Notes: a model not told the origin generated them from the sequence alone. Positions 1 through 15,716 are shown, counted from the stretch's first letter. The stretch is 64,000 nt of DNA from Eledone cirrhosa (GCA_964016885.1 OZ024742.1:868001-932000); one strand, 5' to 3'. Numbers and translations: made by a program.

Positions 1-281
1 CGAATATTACATAAAAGAGGGACATCCCCCAACTATATAAACCTTAATCTAGTTAGAAAAATATAAAAACAATCTCTTCTCAACATATATTAATAACCTT
101 AAATTACCACACTAATAATGGAAAGATATGCTGATGAGAATAGGTGCAAATATGCGATAATGAATGTGTCTAAAAACGTCCATAAGTATGTATATATATG
201 TGAAAATGTATATAAATAAGTAAATATATATATATGTTTGATGTGTATAGTTAGATGTAAGTGTATTCATGTATTAAAGTG

Positions 282-322
<41 letters not shown>

Positions 323-901
323 TGTATATATATATATATATGTATGTATATATGTGTATATAGATGTGTATGTATGTGTATGTGTGTACACATGGACTAG
401 AGTATGTATGTATATATGTGTGTGTCTATACGTGTGTATATAAAGATAAGTTGAGTATGAAAATGTATACACATGAGCGCATATGTATGTACATGAATAC
501 ATGTGTGTATATATATGTGTATGCATGTGTATATATATGTAAGTATGAATATGTGAATTGTGAGTATATGTATTTTGTAGAGGTGTGCAAATATATTTGT
601 GTGTGAATGCGTGGGTGAAAGGATACGTACACTTGAAAGAAAAATTTAAGTCTGAATGTTAATTAAGTGCAAACACAAAACCAACCACGCATATCTTTAC
701 TATCTCTAATCCTTCTATAGATTTAGAAAAATAACCAATAATATATTCTATAAAAAATGTCAAAACAACAGATGCGATTCTAATTACTCACTGCCACCAA
801 GAATTCTCACTGCTATCGAAAAACCACTCCTTCAACTATTCTTCTAACAACTTCACCCCTCCCTCCTAATATTCTCTATAAAAACTAAATAGGTCCTCAG
901 T

Positions 902-1028
902 AATATTATTCTGATGAAATGACAGTAAATAATAACATTGAAATATTGAATGTCTGCATAACTAAAAGTTTGTAGATAGCAGCTGTTTTAGGTTATGTAA
1001 CTGTTATAGAAACACGTGTCAATAAATT
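902..1028 (+). ncRNA. Type I hammerhead ribozyme (minimal palindromic stem III, extended stem II)
   Basis: Stem I TTATT(906-910)/AATAA(1021-1025); CTGATGA 911-917; stem II ATGACAGT/ACTGTTAT; GAAA 1009-1012; C-ACGT-G; GTC 1018-1020. Confidence 0.8.
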
Positions 1029-1183
1029 CCTTTCAACTAAACTGTATCCATTCAAATCTTTCTATTTTTCTCTGGATTACTTTTGGAACTACAACTGGAA
1101 CCGTCGAGCAAACTCTACGTGAGCTGATAATCTACTGTGTGTAATATTTATATTACAACACAACGGAAAATACTGTATATATG

Positions 1184-1214
<31 letters not shown>

Positions 1215-1233
1215 GTATATATATATATATGTG

Positions 1234-1382
<149 letters not shown>

Positions 1383-1410
1383 GTATATATATATGTATAT
1401 ATATATATAT

Positions 1411-2017
1411 GTCAGGTCACCAGTTGGTGCTACTGGTAACATGTATCCCAGTACAACCTGTCTCATGGTCGGGTCGTTGGCGACTAAAATGGCAACCCCA
1501 CCAAGGTCTCTTGGTGAGGAGGGTGACTGGACATCCTGCAGGACTAAAAACAAAACCTGTCAAAGGGCAAAGGAGCTCTTAAGAGTCAATGGCCATCCAA
1601 AATCACCGGGAGAGATGACCCCTTAGCCTTTGTCAAGGCAGAATTCTAGGAGAAGGAAAACTCTGATATAACACATGCAACCCTGATGGTATCCAATGAT
1701 GTTGAGTTGTTCTTCTTTTTGGTAAATATCATCTTGGTTAAGAGAGTGGGACTGGCTTTGTGCAGTGCCTTTGCTCACTATAAAAGCTTCACAGCACAGG
1801 CATTGCTTTGTATCTGGAGATCTCCCTGCACTTGTCGTCACATGGTACCATGGGCCCAGCACTATGTGTCAATAATTGTCACAAGTGTAGTGTCTGTACC
1901 AGAGTTTTCAAGTCGCTGGCTGGACTAAAAAGTGACACTCGTTCAGCGTATCGGTAGGGGTTCTCTTACATGGATATAAAGTAGTGGCTGTACTCGAAAA
2001 CGAGTTGGCAGCCACCA
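1411..2017 (+). mobile_element. ~600-bp non-coding interspersed element (copy 1) inserted in (TA)n
   Basis: Near-identical to the reverse complements of 8688-9297 and 43149-43708; flanked by TA repeats; terminal hairpin GTGGCTG-TACTCG-AAAA-CGAGT-TGG-CAGCCAC. Confidence 0.85.
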
Positions 2018-2057
2018 TATATATGTATATATATATGTATATATATATATGTATATA

Positions 2058-3792
2058 TCATCATCATCATCAACGTTTAACGTCCGTGTTCCACGCTTGC
2101 ATGGGTTTGGACGGGGGTAGTCCCACTTGAGGCAAGAGTGATTGTCTTGCTCGCATAGGACTGTCTGGCAGGTTTTCTACAGTTGGATGCCCTTCCTAAC
2201 ACCAACCACATTTACAGTGTGGGTCTGGGAGGTTTTTACCGTGTTGCCTACTGGCTGTAGTAGGTTTTACTATGTATTTAGGTAAGGCGGGTCTTCTCTG
2301 TTACTGAGTACCGCCAAAGGTCTCGGTCCAGTGACATTGTCTTGGAGAGGTGTAAGTGTGTGAGGTCGGAGTTTATCAGCTCGTCCCAGGTTTTTCTAGG
2401 TCTGCCTATTCCGTGGCTACCATCTATCTTTATTGCCCTGCACTTTGTTATACAGTTATCGACTTTCATGCGCATCACGTGTCCATACCAACGTAGCCTT
2501 CTCTCGAGTAAACAACATCTGATCCCTCTTATTTCTAATTTTTTCCTTAGTTCGTTTATGCTTTGCCGTTCACGTATATTACTGTTACACATCCAGCGGA
2601 GCATGCAAGCTTCATTCCTCTCTAGTCTGCGTATATCCTCTGCACACAATGCCCAGGTCTCACTGCCATGCAACATTGCTGTTCGTATGCAGGCATCGTA
2701 CAACCTGCCTTTCATTTTTAGGGAGAACCCTTTAGCAGTTAATAGTGGTATAAGCTCTCTGAACTTTTTCCAACCAGTTCTGACTCTAGCTACTGTACTT
2801 TCAGAGCACCCTCCCCCACTGCTGATTTTATCACCCAGGTAACGGAAACTGTCCACTATTTCTATAAAACCCTCTGCGCAATTGAAAGAGCTAGTATTTT
2901 GTGGGCACTTGCTGCTACTTATTGCACCAGAGCACCGGCCACATGTAAAATCTATGTTCTTAGTTAGCTTACCTGTGATCCCACTACATCTTTTATGCAC
3001 CCATACTTTGCATTTAGGACATAAAATGGAGTTTCTACGTACGCCTTTCCTACACACCGAGCACGACCATTTCCCAGAAGGGACCGCCGCCTTATTTTCT
3101 TTCCTACAAACTAGAACTTTAGTCTTAGCCAGGTTAATTTTAAGGCCTTTTGATTCTAGGCCGTGCTTCCATGTTTGGAATTTCTTCTCTAGCTCGGCCA
3201 TTGATTCCGCTATGAGTGTCAGGTCGTCTGCGTATAGGAGTTCCCATGGGCAGCCGGTCTTGAACTCCTCTGTTATAGCCTGAAGGGCAATAATAAATAG
3301 TAGGGGGCTGAGAACACAGCCCTGATGGACGCCAACTTTTACACTTAACTCTTCACTATTTTCCTTGTTAATTCTAACCTTACTGACTGTTTCTTTATAC
3401 ATGGCTTGTATAGCTCTCACAAGCCATTCGGCAACGCCTAGTTTTCTAAGAGCCCACCAGATAATGGAGCGGGGGACTCTGTCGAAGGCTTTCTCCAAGT
3501 CGACAAAAGCTAAGTAGAGGGGTTTACCTTTAGCTAGGTACTTCTCCTGTAGTTGTCGTACAATGAAAAGAGCGTCTGTGGTACTTTTGCCTGACACAAA
3601 CCCGAACTGCATTTCATCTAGATCAATTCTCTCTCTGATTAGTTGCGCTATTACTTTTTCCGTGACCTTCATGACCTGGTCGATTAATTTAATGCCTCTA
3701 TAGTTACTCCTATCTAGGGCGTCTCCTTTACCCTTATAACAGTTAACGATGATGCTGCTATGCCAGTCCTTCGGAACAAACCCATTCTGTAT

Positions 3793-3795
<3 letters not shown>
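2058..3795 (-). mobile_element. RTE-clade LINE, family A, 5'-truncated
   Basis: Open RT frame ([38 protein letters not shown]) ending KTRLT* at 2278; 3' UTR with (GAT)n tail; 5' end fused to (TA)n. Confidence 0.93.
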
Positions 3796-4725
<930 letters not shown>

Positions 4726-4748
4726 TTTTGCCTTGTCACTATGTTTTA

Positions 4749-4826
4749 AATTGCCTTGTCCGACGAACGAATGAGGACGTTTTTCGTATTCGTCTTATTC
4801 GGGAAACCTCTGGTAATGAGGTAATT
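4749..4826 (+). ncRNA. Type I hammerhead ribozyme, U4C core variant
   Basis: 11-bp stem I AATTGCCTTGT/ATGAGGTAATT (3 G-U); CCGACGA 4760-4766; stem II CGAATGA-G-GACG/CGTCTTATTCG; GAAA 4803-4806; CC-TCT-GG; GTA 4813-4815. Confidence 0.72.
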
Positions 4827-4878
4827 ATATTGTATTGTTTATTATACATTACATATATATATATATGTGTATATATAC

Positions 4879-4909
<31 letters not shown>

Positions 4910-5076
4910 CATATATATACATATATATACATATATACATACATATATATATAAATATATATACATATATATACATACATATATATATAAATATATATAT
5001 ATATACATATATATATACATACATATATATATAAATATATATATATACATATATATATACATACATATATACATAC

Positions 5077-5681
5077 ACGACAAAGCATAAATGAATTGAG
5101 AGAGAGACTGAGCATAAGAGGAATCAAATGCTGCGTGCAGGAGAGGCGGTTACGCTGGTATGGACATGTGATGCGTATGAAGGATGACAGCTGCATAAAA
5201 AGGTGCAGAGCACTAGAAGTTGATGGAAACCGCGGAGTGGGGAGACCCAAGATGACTTGGGATGAGGTGATAAAAGCCGACCTTACCCAACTACACCTCT
5301 CAAAGTCAATGACACACGACCGTGACTTCTGGCGTCACGCAGTAATACAGGGTACCCGACCTCCCATGGGTACATGCTGAAGCAAATAAACAATATGCCC
5401 CCCCCCCCCCACCGCAAGGTGGTCGTGGAGGTGCCACGGCAAAAAAGCACCCAGCCCACACTGTAAAGTGGACGTGTAGGCGCCACGAAAAAGCACCCAG
5501 CACTCACTGTAAATGAGGTTGGTGTTAGGAAGGGCATCCAGCTGTAGAAATCAAGCCAGATCAGTTCCTGTATGAGCAAGGCATGGTCAGCCGACCAGAC
5601 ACTGCCCACAACAGGACAACCCGTCTAACCCATGCTAGCGTGGAAGAACGGACGTAAAACGGTGATGATGATGATGATGAT
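5077..5681 (+). mobile_element. RTE LINE family B, 3' fragment
   Basis: RLRWYGHV...GTRPPMGTC*, 3' UTR and (GAT)n tail; near-identical to the 3' part of 19118-20920. Confidence 0.9.
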
Positions 5682-5957
5682 ATATACATACATATATATA
5701 CATATATATATACATACATATATATATAAATATATATATATATATACATACATATATATATAAATATATATATATATACATATATATATACATATATATA
5801 TACATATATATATATACATATACATATATATACACATATATATATACATATATAAACATATATACATATATAAACATATATACATATACATATACATATA
5901 TATATATACACATATATAAACATATATATGTAAACATATATACATATATATATAAAC

Positions 5958-5988
<31 letters not shown>

Positions 5989-5997
5989 TATATAAAC

Positions 5998-6052
<55 letters not shown>

Positions 6053-6093
6053 TATATAAACATATATATATATACATACATATACATATAAAC

Positions 6094-6126
<33 letters not shown>

Positions 6127-6171
6127 CATACATATATATATATATACATATACATACATATACATATAAAC

Positions 6172-6204
<33 letters not shown>

Positions 6205-6265
6205 CATACATATATATACATATATATATAAACATATATATATATATATACATATATATACAAAC

Positions 6266-6324
<59 letters not shown>

Positions 6325-6351
6325 TATATACATATATATATATATACATAC

Positions 6352-6384
<33 letters not shown>

Positions 6385-6591
6385 CATATATATACATATA
6401 CATACATATACATATATATACATATACATATATATACATATATATACATATACATATATATATATACATATATATACATATACATATACATATATACATA
6501 TACATATATATATATACATATATATACATATACATATATATATACATATATATACATATACATATATATATATACATATATATACATATAC

Positions 6592-6624
<33 letters not shown>

Positions 6625-6641
6625 CATATATATACATATAC

Positions 6642-6674
<33 letters not shown>

Positions 6675-6749
6675 CATATATATACATACATATATATACA
6701 TATATACATATATATACATATATACATATATATACATATATATATATAC

Positions 6750-6780
<31 letters not shown>

Positions 6781-7028
6781 CATATATATATATACATATA
6801 TACATATATATATATACATATATATATACATATATATACATATATATATATACATATATATATATATACATATATATATATACATATATGTATATATATA
6901 TATACATATATGTATATATATATACATATATATATACATATATGTATATATATATACATATATGTATATATATATACATATATATATACATATATGTATA
7001 TATATATACATATATGTATATATATATA
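5682..7028. repeat. (TA)n/(TACA)n microsatellite field
   Basis: Visible repeat. Confidence 0.95.
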
Positions 7029-9297
<2,269 letters not shown>

Positions 9298-9360
9298 ATA
9301 TACATATATATATACATGTATATATATATATACACATATATATATATATATATACATGTA

Positions 9361-9419
<59 letters not shown>

Positions 9420-9691
9420 CCATATATATACATATACAATATGTTGTGAAGATAACACACTAGAGAGAGATACAATGCGCCATCAATAAAACAGGGAAAA
9501 ACCACCAGTGAATGGAATCTATAACCTATGAAAGGCAGAGTAGACACACGATAATTAAAAATATAAATTAAAGCGTAAATAAATACCTAAACACGTTGTG
9601 ACTTCTCTCACCCACGTGTAGCTGTCCAGCTACATGTATCAGAATGTTCCTCGTCGGCACATCTAACAGAGAAATGTGTTTCTATTGAAAG

Positions 9692-10325
9692 AATATGGAG
9701 TTAGTGTGACTCCTGGCACACTATGTCAACATTACTGTGGCACAATATGGAGTTAGTGTGACTCCTGGCACACTATGTCAACATTACTGTGGCACAATAT
9801 GGAGTTAGTGTGACTCCTGGCACACTATGTCAACATTACTGTGGCACAATATGGAGTTAGTGTGACTCCTGGCACACTATGTCAACATTACTGTGGCACA
9901 ATATGGAGTTAGTGTGACTCCTGGCACACTATGTCAACATTACTGTGGCACAATATGGAGTTAGTGTGACTCCTGGCACACTATGTCAACATTACTGTGG
10001 CACAATATGGAGTTAGTGTGACTCCTGGCACACTATGTCAACATTACTGTGGCACAATATGGAGTTAGTGTGACTCCTGGCACACTATGTCAACATTACT
10101 GTGGCACAATATGGAGTTAGTGTGACTCCTGGCACACTATGTCAACATTACTGTGGCACAATATGGAGTTAGTGTGACTCCTGGCACACTATGTCAACAT
10201 TACTGTGGCACAATATGGAGTTAGTGTGACTCCTGGCACACTATGTCAACATTACTGTGGCACAATATGGAGTTAGTGTGACTCCTGGCACACTATGTCA
10301 ACATTACTGTGGCACAATATGGAGT
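9692..10325. repeat. 52-bp minisatellite, 12 apparently identical copies
   Basis: Unit AATATGGAGTTAGTGTGACTCCTGGCACACTATGTCAACATTACTGTGGCAC starting at 9692, 9744, 9796 ... 10264. Confidence 0.95.
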
Positions 10326-10436
10326 GTGCCAGGGGTCAGTCACACTGTGTCAATATTTCTGTGTGACAGATAAACCATGTAAACAAGGAAACACTTCAAG
10401 TAGGAGTGGGGAGTGTCAAGAGGGGGTCAGGAGAAT

Positions 10437-10770
10437 GTGGTAGTGGTGATGATAGTAGTAGTAGTAGTAGTTGTAGTGGTGGTGGTAGTAGTAGTGGTGG
10501 TGATGGTGGTAGTAGTAGTGGTGGTGGTGGTAGTAGTAGTGGTGGTGATGGTAGTAGTAGTACTAGTAGTGGTGGTAGTGTTGGTGGTAGTGTTGGTGGT
10601 AGTAGTGGTGGTGGTGGTGGTAGTAGTGGTGGTGGTGGTGGAAATGGTGGTGGAAGTAGTTGTATTGGTGGTGGTGGTAGTAATAGTAATAGTAGTGGTA
10701 CTAGTAGGAGTGGAAGTAGTGGTGGTGGTATTAGTAGTAGTAGTGGTAGTAAGTAGTAGTAGTAGTAGTG

Positions 10771-10801
<31 letters not shown>

Positions 10802-10910
10802 TAGTAGAGGCAGTAATAGTAGTGGTAGTAGTAAAGGTAGTAGTAGTAGTAGAGGTAGTAGTAGTGGTAGTGGTAGTAGTAATAGTAGAAGTAAAGATAG
10901 TAGTAGTAGT
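10437..10910. repeat. (TAG/TGG)n trinucleotide repeat next to a myosin donor site
   Basis: Visible repeat; explains the poly-V/S/G/Y/P ORFs. Confidence 0.9.
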
Positions 10911-10923
10911 GTAAAAAACTCAC

Positions 10924-11065
10924 CACTGTGCTGTACTTGACTTTGCCAGCATAATGGACAACCACAAAGGCACCTTCCCGAAGTTGGGGCACCTCATAAT
11001 AAGGCCTGCCCTTATGATGCCGGTTGAACTTGGACAAAAGGGTGTCATTACTAGCACCAGGGAAA
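10924..11065 (-). CDS. Unconventional myosin (class IX-like) motor-domain exon
   Basis: ttccag|T TTC...GTG|gtgagt, 142 nt, phase 2-0. Completes codon AAT and gives NFPGASNDTLLSKFNRHHKGRPYYEVPQLREGAFVVVHYAGKVKYSTV. NFP and HYAGKVKY resemble myosin IX (class call from recall, not a search). Confidence 0.94.
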
Positions 11066-11129
11066 CTGGAAAACAGAGAGAACATGTAAATACAAAGTAA
11101 AACAATATATCATACACACACTGGTTTTG

Positions 11130-11322
11130 TTGATGACACAACAAAGGTACCCAGCCCACACTGTCAATGGGGTTGTTGTTAGGAAGGGCATCCAGCCATA
11201 GAGAACCAGCCAGAAACTCTTGTATATGAGTGAGACACGGTCACCTGATCCAACTTACCTCTAAATGGGACAAACCTGTCTAACCCATGCTAGTGTGGAA
11301 GATGGATGTTAATTGATGATGA
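11130..11322 (+). mobile_element. Older RTE-type 3' UTR fragment
   Basis: GTTAGGAAGGGCATCCAG and TAACCCATGCTAG motifs with a GAT tail, shared with RTE family B. Confidence 0.65.
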
Positions 11323-11884
11323 TATATATATATATTATAGCTGACACACAACAGTATAGGTGTCCCCCTCTCTCGTACACACACACACATGTATGTATAC
11401 ACATACACAGGACTACAATAAACAATCCCAGCACTATAATATACAACCTTCTCCTACTAAATAGTAATTAACTCATTAACACATTTAAAACAACAACAAC
11501 AGCAACATCAATGACAACAACAACAACAACTACAACAACAATATCAATGACGACAACAACAACAACAACAACTACAACAACTACAATATCAATGACAACA
11601 ACAACAAAACAATAGAAAAAGGAGAAATTAAATTTTTTTTCTACCCTGAACATAAACAACAACAATGGATTCCTTTACTACCTCTCCTCTCTTACACCCA
11701 TCCACCCTCTCCCCCTCCTTCCTCTCACGAACCCACCCATCCTCTCCCCCTCCTTCCTCTCATCCACCCCTCAATCCTCTTATCCACCCACCCATCCCCT
11801 CCCCCAACACCACCAGGTCAATAAAACAACGCTCATGACATATTGTACCAATTTACACAGGATATAGAAACACACACACACATG

Positions 11885-13507
11885 TACCCCAGTTTGGAGA
11901 CTAGGTACACCTAGGTACCTGCTTCTTAAACGTGGTGGGTACTTCCTTCTGCACCAGTTATCACGCTTCTTCCAATTCTGTCTGAACAACGGTGCTACTC
12001 CAGAACAGTGGAAACTGCCAGTGTTATTCCTCTGTTCAAAAAGGGTGACCGCACATCACCTGTGAACTATCGTCCAGTCAGTCTTACTAGTTGCATTGCC
12101 AAACTGATGGAATCCTGTGTCAGAGAAACACTTTGGAACTTCTGGAACTCTCACTGTCTTATCCGGCCCTCACAATTTGGATTTATCCCCAACTCAAGCT
12201 GCTGTGATCAACTTATCGAGTTTCTTGAAGACATCACCTGGATCACTGATGGCGGCTCATGGGTGGATGTTGTTTACCTTGACTTTGCAAAAGCTTTCAA
12301 TTCTGTGCAACACAAAAGGCTTATGGCAAAACTCTCTGCAATGGGTGTGAAGGATGATCGTTTTAACTGGTTGAAGTCCTTCATTCTTAGTTGAAGAGAG
12401 GTAGTCACAGTTCTGGGACAGCATTCCTCACCATATGAGATGTCATCTGGTGTACCACAGGGATCTGTTCTTGGCCCTTTTTTGTTTGTGGCATATATTA
12501 ATGACATAGATGCCAACTTAAAGAATGCCACAGTACTAAAGGACGCAGATTACATCAAGCTGTACCTTGAGATAAAAAGGACAGATCCTGAACACTATAG
12601 ATCTTGCTTGCAGTCTGACCTGGACACAATGCAACAATGGATCACAGACTGGCAACTCAAGCTAGCTGTGGACAAGTGCACCACCATGCATTTTGGGAGT
12701 AAAAACCCAGCGTCCACATACTCCCTCCACAGTACTAATATCAAGAAGTCTTCCTGTGAACGCGACGTGGGCATTACGGTCAGCAGTGATTTGCGTTGGA
12801 CGAAGCACATCTCTAAAATTGTCAAGAGGGCCGAGGGTGTCTTAGCATCACTCAGCAAGACCTTTGTCAGCCGCTCTCCAGCTATCTATTTAAGGCTTTA
12901 CATGGCTATGGTGCGGCCACACTTAGAATTTGCATCACCAGTCTGGAACCCCTATCTTGCTCAGAACATTGACCGCCTGAAAACTGTTCAGAGACGTGCA
13001 ACCAAGCGAATACCCTCCATCAGGCATCTACCATACTCTGAGCGCCTTGCTTCCCTGGGCATGGATACATTGAAGCTCCGACGCCTGGCAACTGACTTGG
13101 TAAACACCCACAAAATTGTTAACCATCTTGCCAACAACAACCCTGAGTACATTTTTGATTTCCATGTGTCTAACACACGTGGGCATGCCCACAAAGTCAG
13201 AAAACAGCACAGTTCCCATGACTTTCGGAAACATTTTTTCACGCTCAGAGTTGCTGAAGCATGGAACAAACTACCTGCATCAGTTGTTAGCTGTCGAGAC
13301 ACTGCATCCTTTAAGACCTCCATGCTTCCCGAGATCCACCAACACTACAGCTAATGTTCCCCCTCCAATCACACATGTATATCATGACTCATACACTATT
13401 CACTTCCCTGACATTTGTATATTATTCTAAGTATTATATATGCACCTTTGACGAGTTGTAGTGCACCTGAGCACTTTACACAATAATTTCATTATTATTA
13501 TTATTAT
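11885..13507 (+). mobile_element. CR1-type LINE, 5'-truncated, inactivated RT
   Basis: KGDRTSPVNYRPVSLTS, YLDFAKAF, GVPQGSVLGP, TRGH, FFTLRV..WNKLP. In-frame TGA at 12392-12394; YADD altered to DADY; (ATT)n tail 13491-13507. Confidence 0.9.
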
Positions 13508-13625
13508 AACCCAGCATGTAAAAAGGGTTTGACATGAGGACAGGCATCAGTCTCAAAACATCTTGTCCACTTGTCCAACCCATGCTGGCATGGAAATGTG
13601 GACATATTAGTGAAAACTTAGAATA

Positions 13626-13946
13626 TATCATCATCATAGCTAGCACCTATTTACCACACATGCTTGCTAACACCCACCACCACCATCATCATCATCATAG
13701 CTAGCACCTATTTACCACACATGCTTGCTAACACCCACCACCACCATCATCATCATCATAGCTAGCACCTATTTACCACACATGCTTGCTAACACCCACC
13801 ACCACCATCATCATCATCATAGCTAGCACCTATTTACCACACATGCTTGCTAACACCCACCACCACCATCATCATCATCATAGCTAGCACCTATTTACCA
13901 CACATGCTTGCTAACACCCACCACCACCATCATCATCATCATCATC
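13626..13946. repeat. 61-bp minisatellite, 5 copies
   Basis: ATAGCTAGCACCTATTTACCACACATGCTTGCTAACACCCACCACCACCATCATCATCATC repeated at 61-bp spacing. Confidence 0.9.
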
Positions 13947-14437
13947 GCATTACCATTTATAAAGGGAGATAAGAAAGCTAGAAATGTTAAATGAGAATTG
14001 TATTAACAGAAAACAATAATACATAAGGAGAGAGAGGGGGGTGAGTGAGGGTTTAGAGAGTGTGAGAGAGAGAGGGAGAGAGAGAGTGTGTGAGAGAGAG
14101 AGAAGTAAGGGGTTAGAGAGAGAGAGTGAGAAGTTACCGAAAGAGAGAGGGGGAGAGGGGGAGAGAGGGGGAGAGGGACAAAGAGTGAGAAGTTAACAAA
14201 AGTGAGAGGTTAGCGAGAGAGAGTGAGAGGAGTGAGAGTGAGAGGTTAGCGAGAGTGAGAGGTTAGCGAGAGTGAGAGGAGTGAGAGTGAGAGGTTAGCG
14301 AGAGTGAGAGGAGTGAGAGTGAGAGGTTAGCGAGAGTGAGAGGAGTGAGAGGTTAACGAGAGTGAGAGGAGAGAATGAGTTAGTTTTATTGATCAAAAGT
14401 CAAGAACAGTAGTAGTAGTAGTACAATAACAACATAC

Positions 14438-14559
14438 TTGCACTCTTCATCTAACAAGCAGAAAAGACCATTTGGTTTTTTAGAAAAAAGTTCCAGACAA
14501 CCAGTGTTGTCAATAAACTCAATATTTTTCCACTGGATTCCTTCACGTTGATATTCCTC
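14438..14559 (-). CDS. Unconventional myosin (class IX-like) motor-domain exon
   Basis: ttccag|GAG...TGCAA|gtatgt, 122 nt, phase 0-2. Translates [40 protein letters not shown] and continues in frame from the 18096 exon. Confidence 0.96.
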
Positions 14560-15111
14560 CTGGAAATAACAAAGAATTACATATATACATGTATATATAT
14601 ATATACATATATATATGTTCAAAATAGGCAGCACACAAGACAAACACAATGAAAAAAAACAACAGAAAAACAGACAGTCCCACCTCCTCAGTCAACCTCT
14701 GGAAATTACTAGTTTCAATTTATTAAGGTTGATACCATTCATTCCAGTGTTTATTGGGATATAACAAAGTAGATACAAGTTATAATATAGAGTTGGCAAG
14801 GGCTTAGTTAAAGGAGAGAAATAGTAAAACAGAAGAGAATAAGGATTGTTGTCCAACGTGTGGACAAAGAAAGGCATGTGATGTCATGCATGGAAGACAG
14901 ATTCAACTTTCGCTAGGGGACTGTGATATAACAGCAAATATATTTAAATCTTATTGAATTTATTACTGTGTTAAATCTCGTTCAGTCAAAAAGGAAAAAA
15001 AAAAAAAAAATTAGAAAGAAATACAGAAATAATTAAATGATGAAAATACCATTTACTAACATTTCAAGCCGTCTTGTGTGTGTGTATATAAATACACATA
15101 TGATGATGATG

Positions 15112-15156
<45 letters not shown>

Positions 15157-15203
15157 AAGAGTGAAGAATAACATGGTCAACAGTACAAAAAGGGTTTTAT
15201 TTA

Positions 15204-15312
15204 CAGTATTAACAATTGTTTCATTGGTTAAGTTGTCTTAAAATTGCTAATCACTTGAAGTTGTGTCACTCAATTTTAAATACGATGTATGCTTAACCAA
15301 ATCATCAGAAAA
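15204..15312 (-). ncRNA. Type I hammerhead ribozyme in the 3' end of a Penelope-like element
   Basis: Minus strand: CTGATGA (15308-15302); perfect 9-bp stem II TTGGTTAAG/CTTAACCAA plus inner TTAAAATTG/CAATTTTAA; GAAA (15222-15219); C-AATT-G; GTT. Stem I is weak or degenerate. Confidence 0.72.
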
Positions 15313-15639
15313 AATTGTTTAAAATTATATACAGCATTTGCAAATTCAAATTACAACATCATTAATAAAGAAAAAGAAAAAGAAAAAGAAATAGAAAATA
15401 GAAAAAGATAGAGAAAAAAAGAGAAAGAAAGAGAAAGAAAGAGAGAAAGAAGAAAAAAGAATAAAGAAAAAATGAATAATAATAAATAAGTTATAACGAA
15501 GATGATAAAAAATAAATTTAAAAATGTTATGTGTGCGAAGAAAATGAACATAATATGATTGTTGATTGTTGAAAATAGTTGTGGTGTTGGTGGTTAAAAT
15601 ATAAAGATATGATGGTATAAACGTGAAAGTATTAAATAT

Positions 15640-15716
15640 ACGGGGTCGATAAAATAAAGTACCAGTAATGTACTGGGTAATTGCTGGCCTTGTGCCAAAA
15701 GTAGAAACAATTATTT
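15640..15716 (+). mobile_element. SINE 3' fragment nested in the PLE 3' UTR
   Basis: GGGGTCGATAAAATAAAGTACCAG...GGCCTTGTGCCAAAAGTAGAAACAATTATT; homologous to 27856-28036 and 33553-33615. Confidence 0.7.

Noticed and set aside
127-184. Possible hammerhead: TATG-CTGATGA...AAAAC-GTC-CATA
   Set aside because: The catalytic G of GAAA is absent and stem II relies on several G-U pairs; at best a decayed copy.
9590-9665. Minus-strand CCGACGA followed by a TGTAGCTG/CAGCTACA hairpin and GAAGTC
   Set aside because: No GAAA or stem III, and stem II does not close at the core; not callable as a ribozyme.
9692-10325. CRISPR-like regular repeat
   Set aside because: Units are contiguous and identical with no unique spacers, no cas genes, and a eukaryotic intron context.
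12392-12394. In-frame TGA in the CR1 RT as possible selenocysteine or readthrough
   Set aside because: More simply a CGA>TGA decay mutation; the same copy also has a broken YADD motif.
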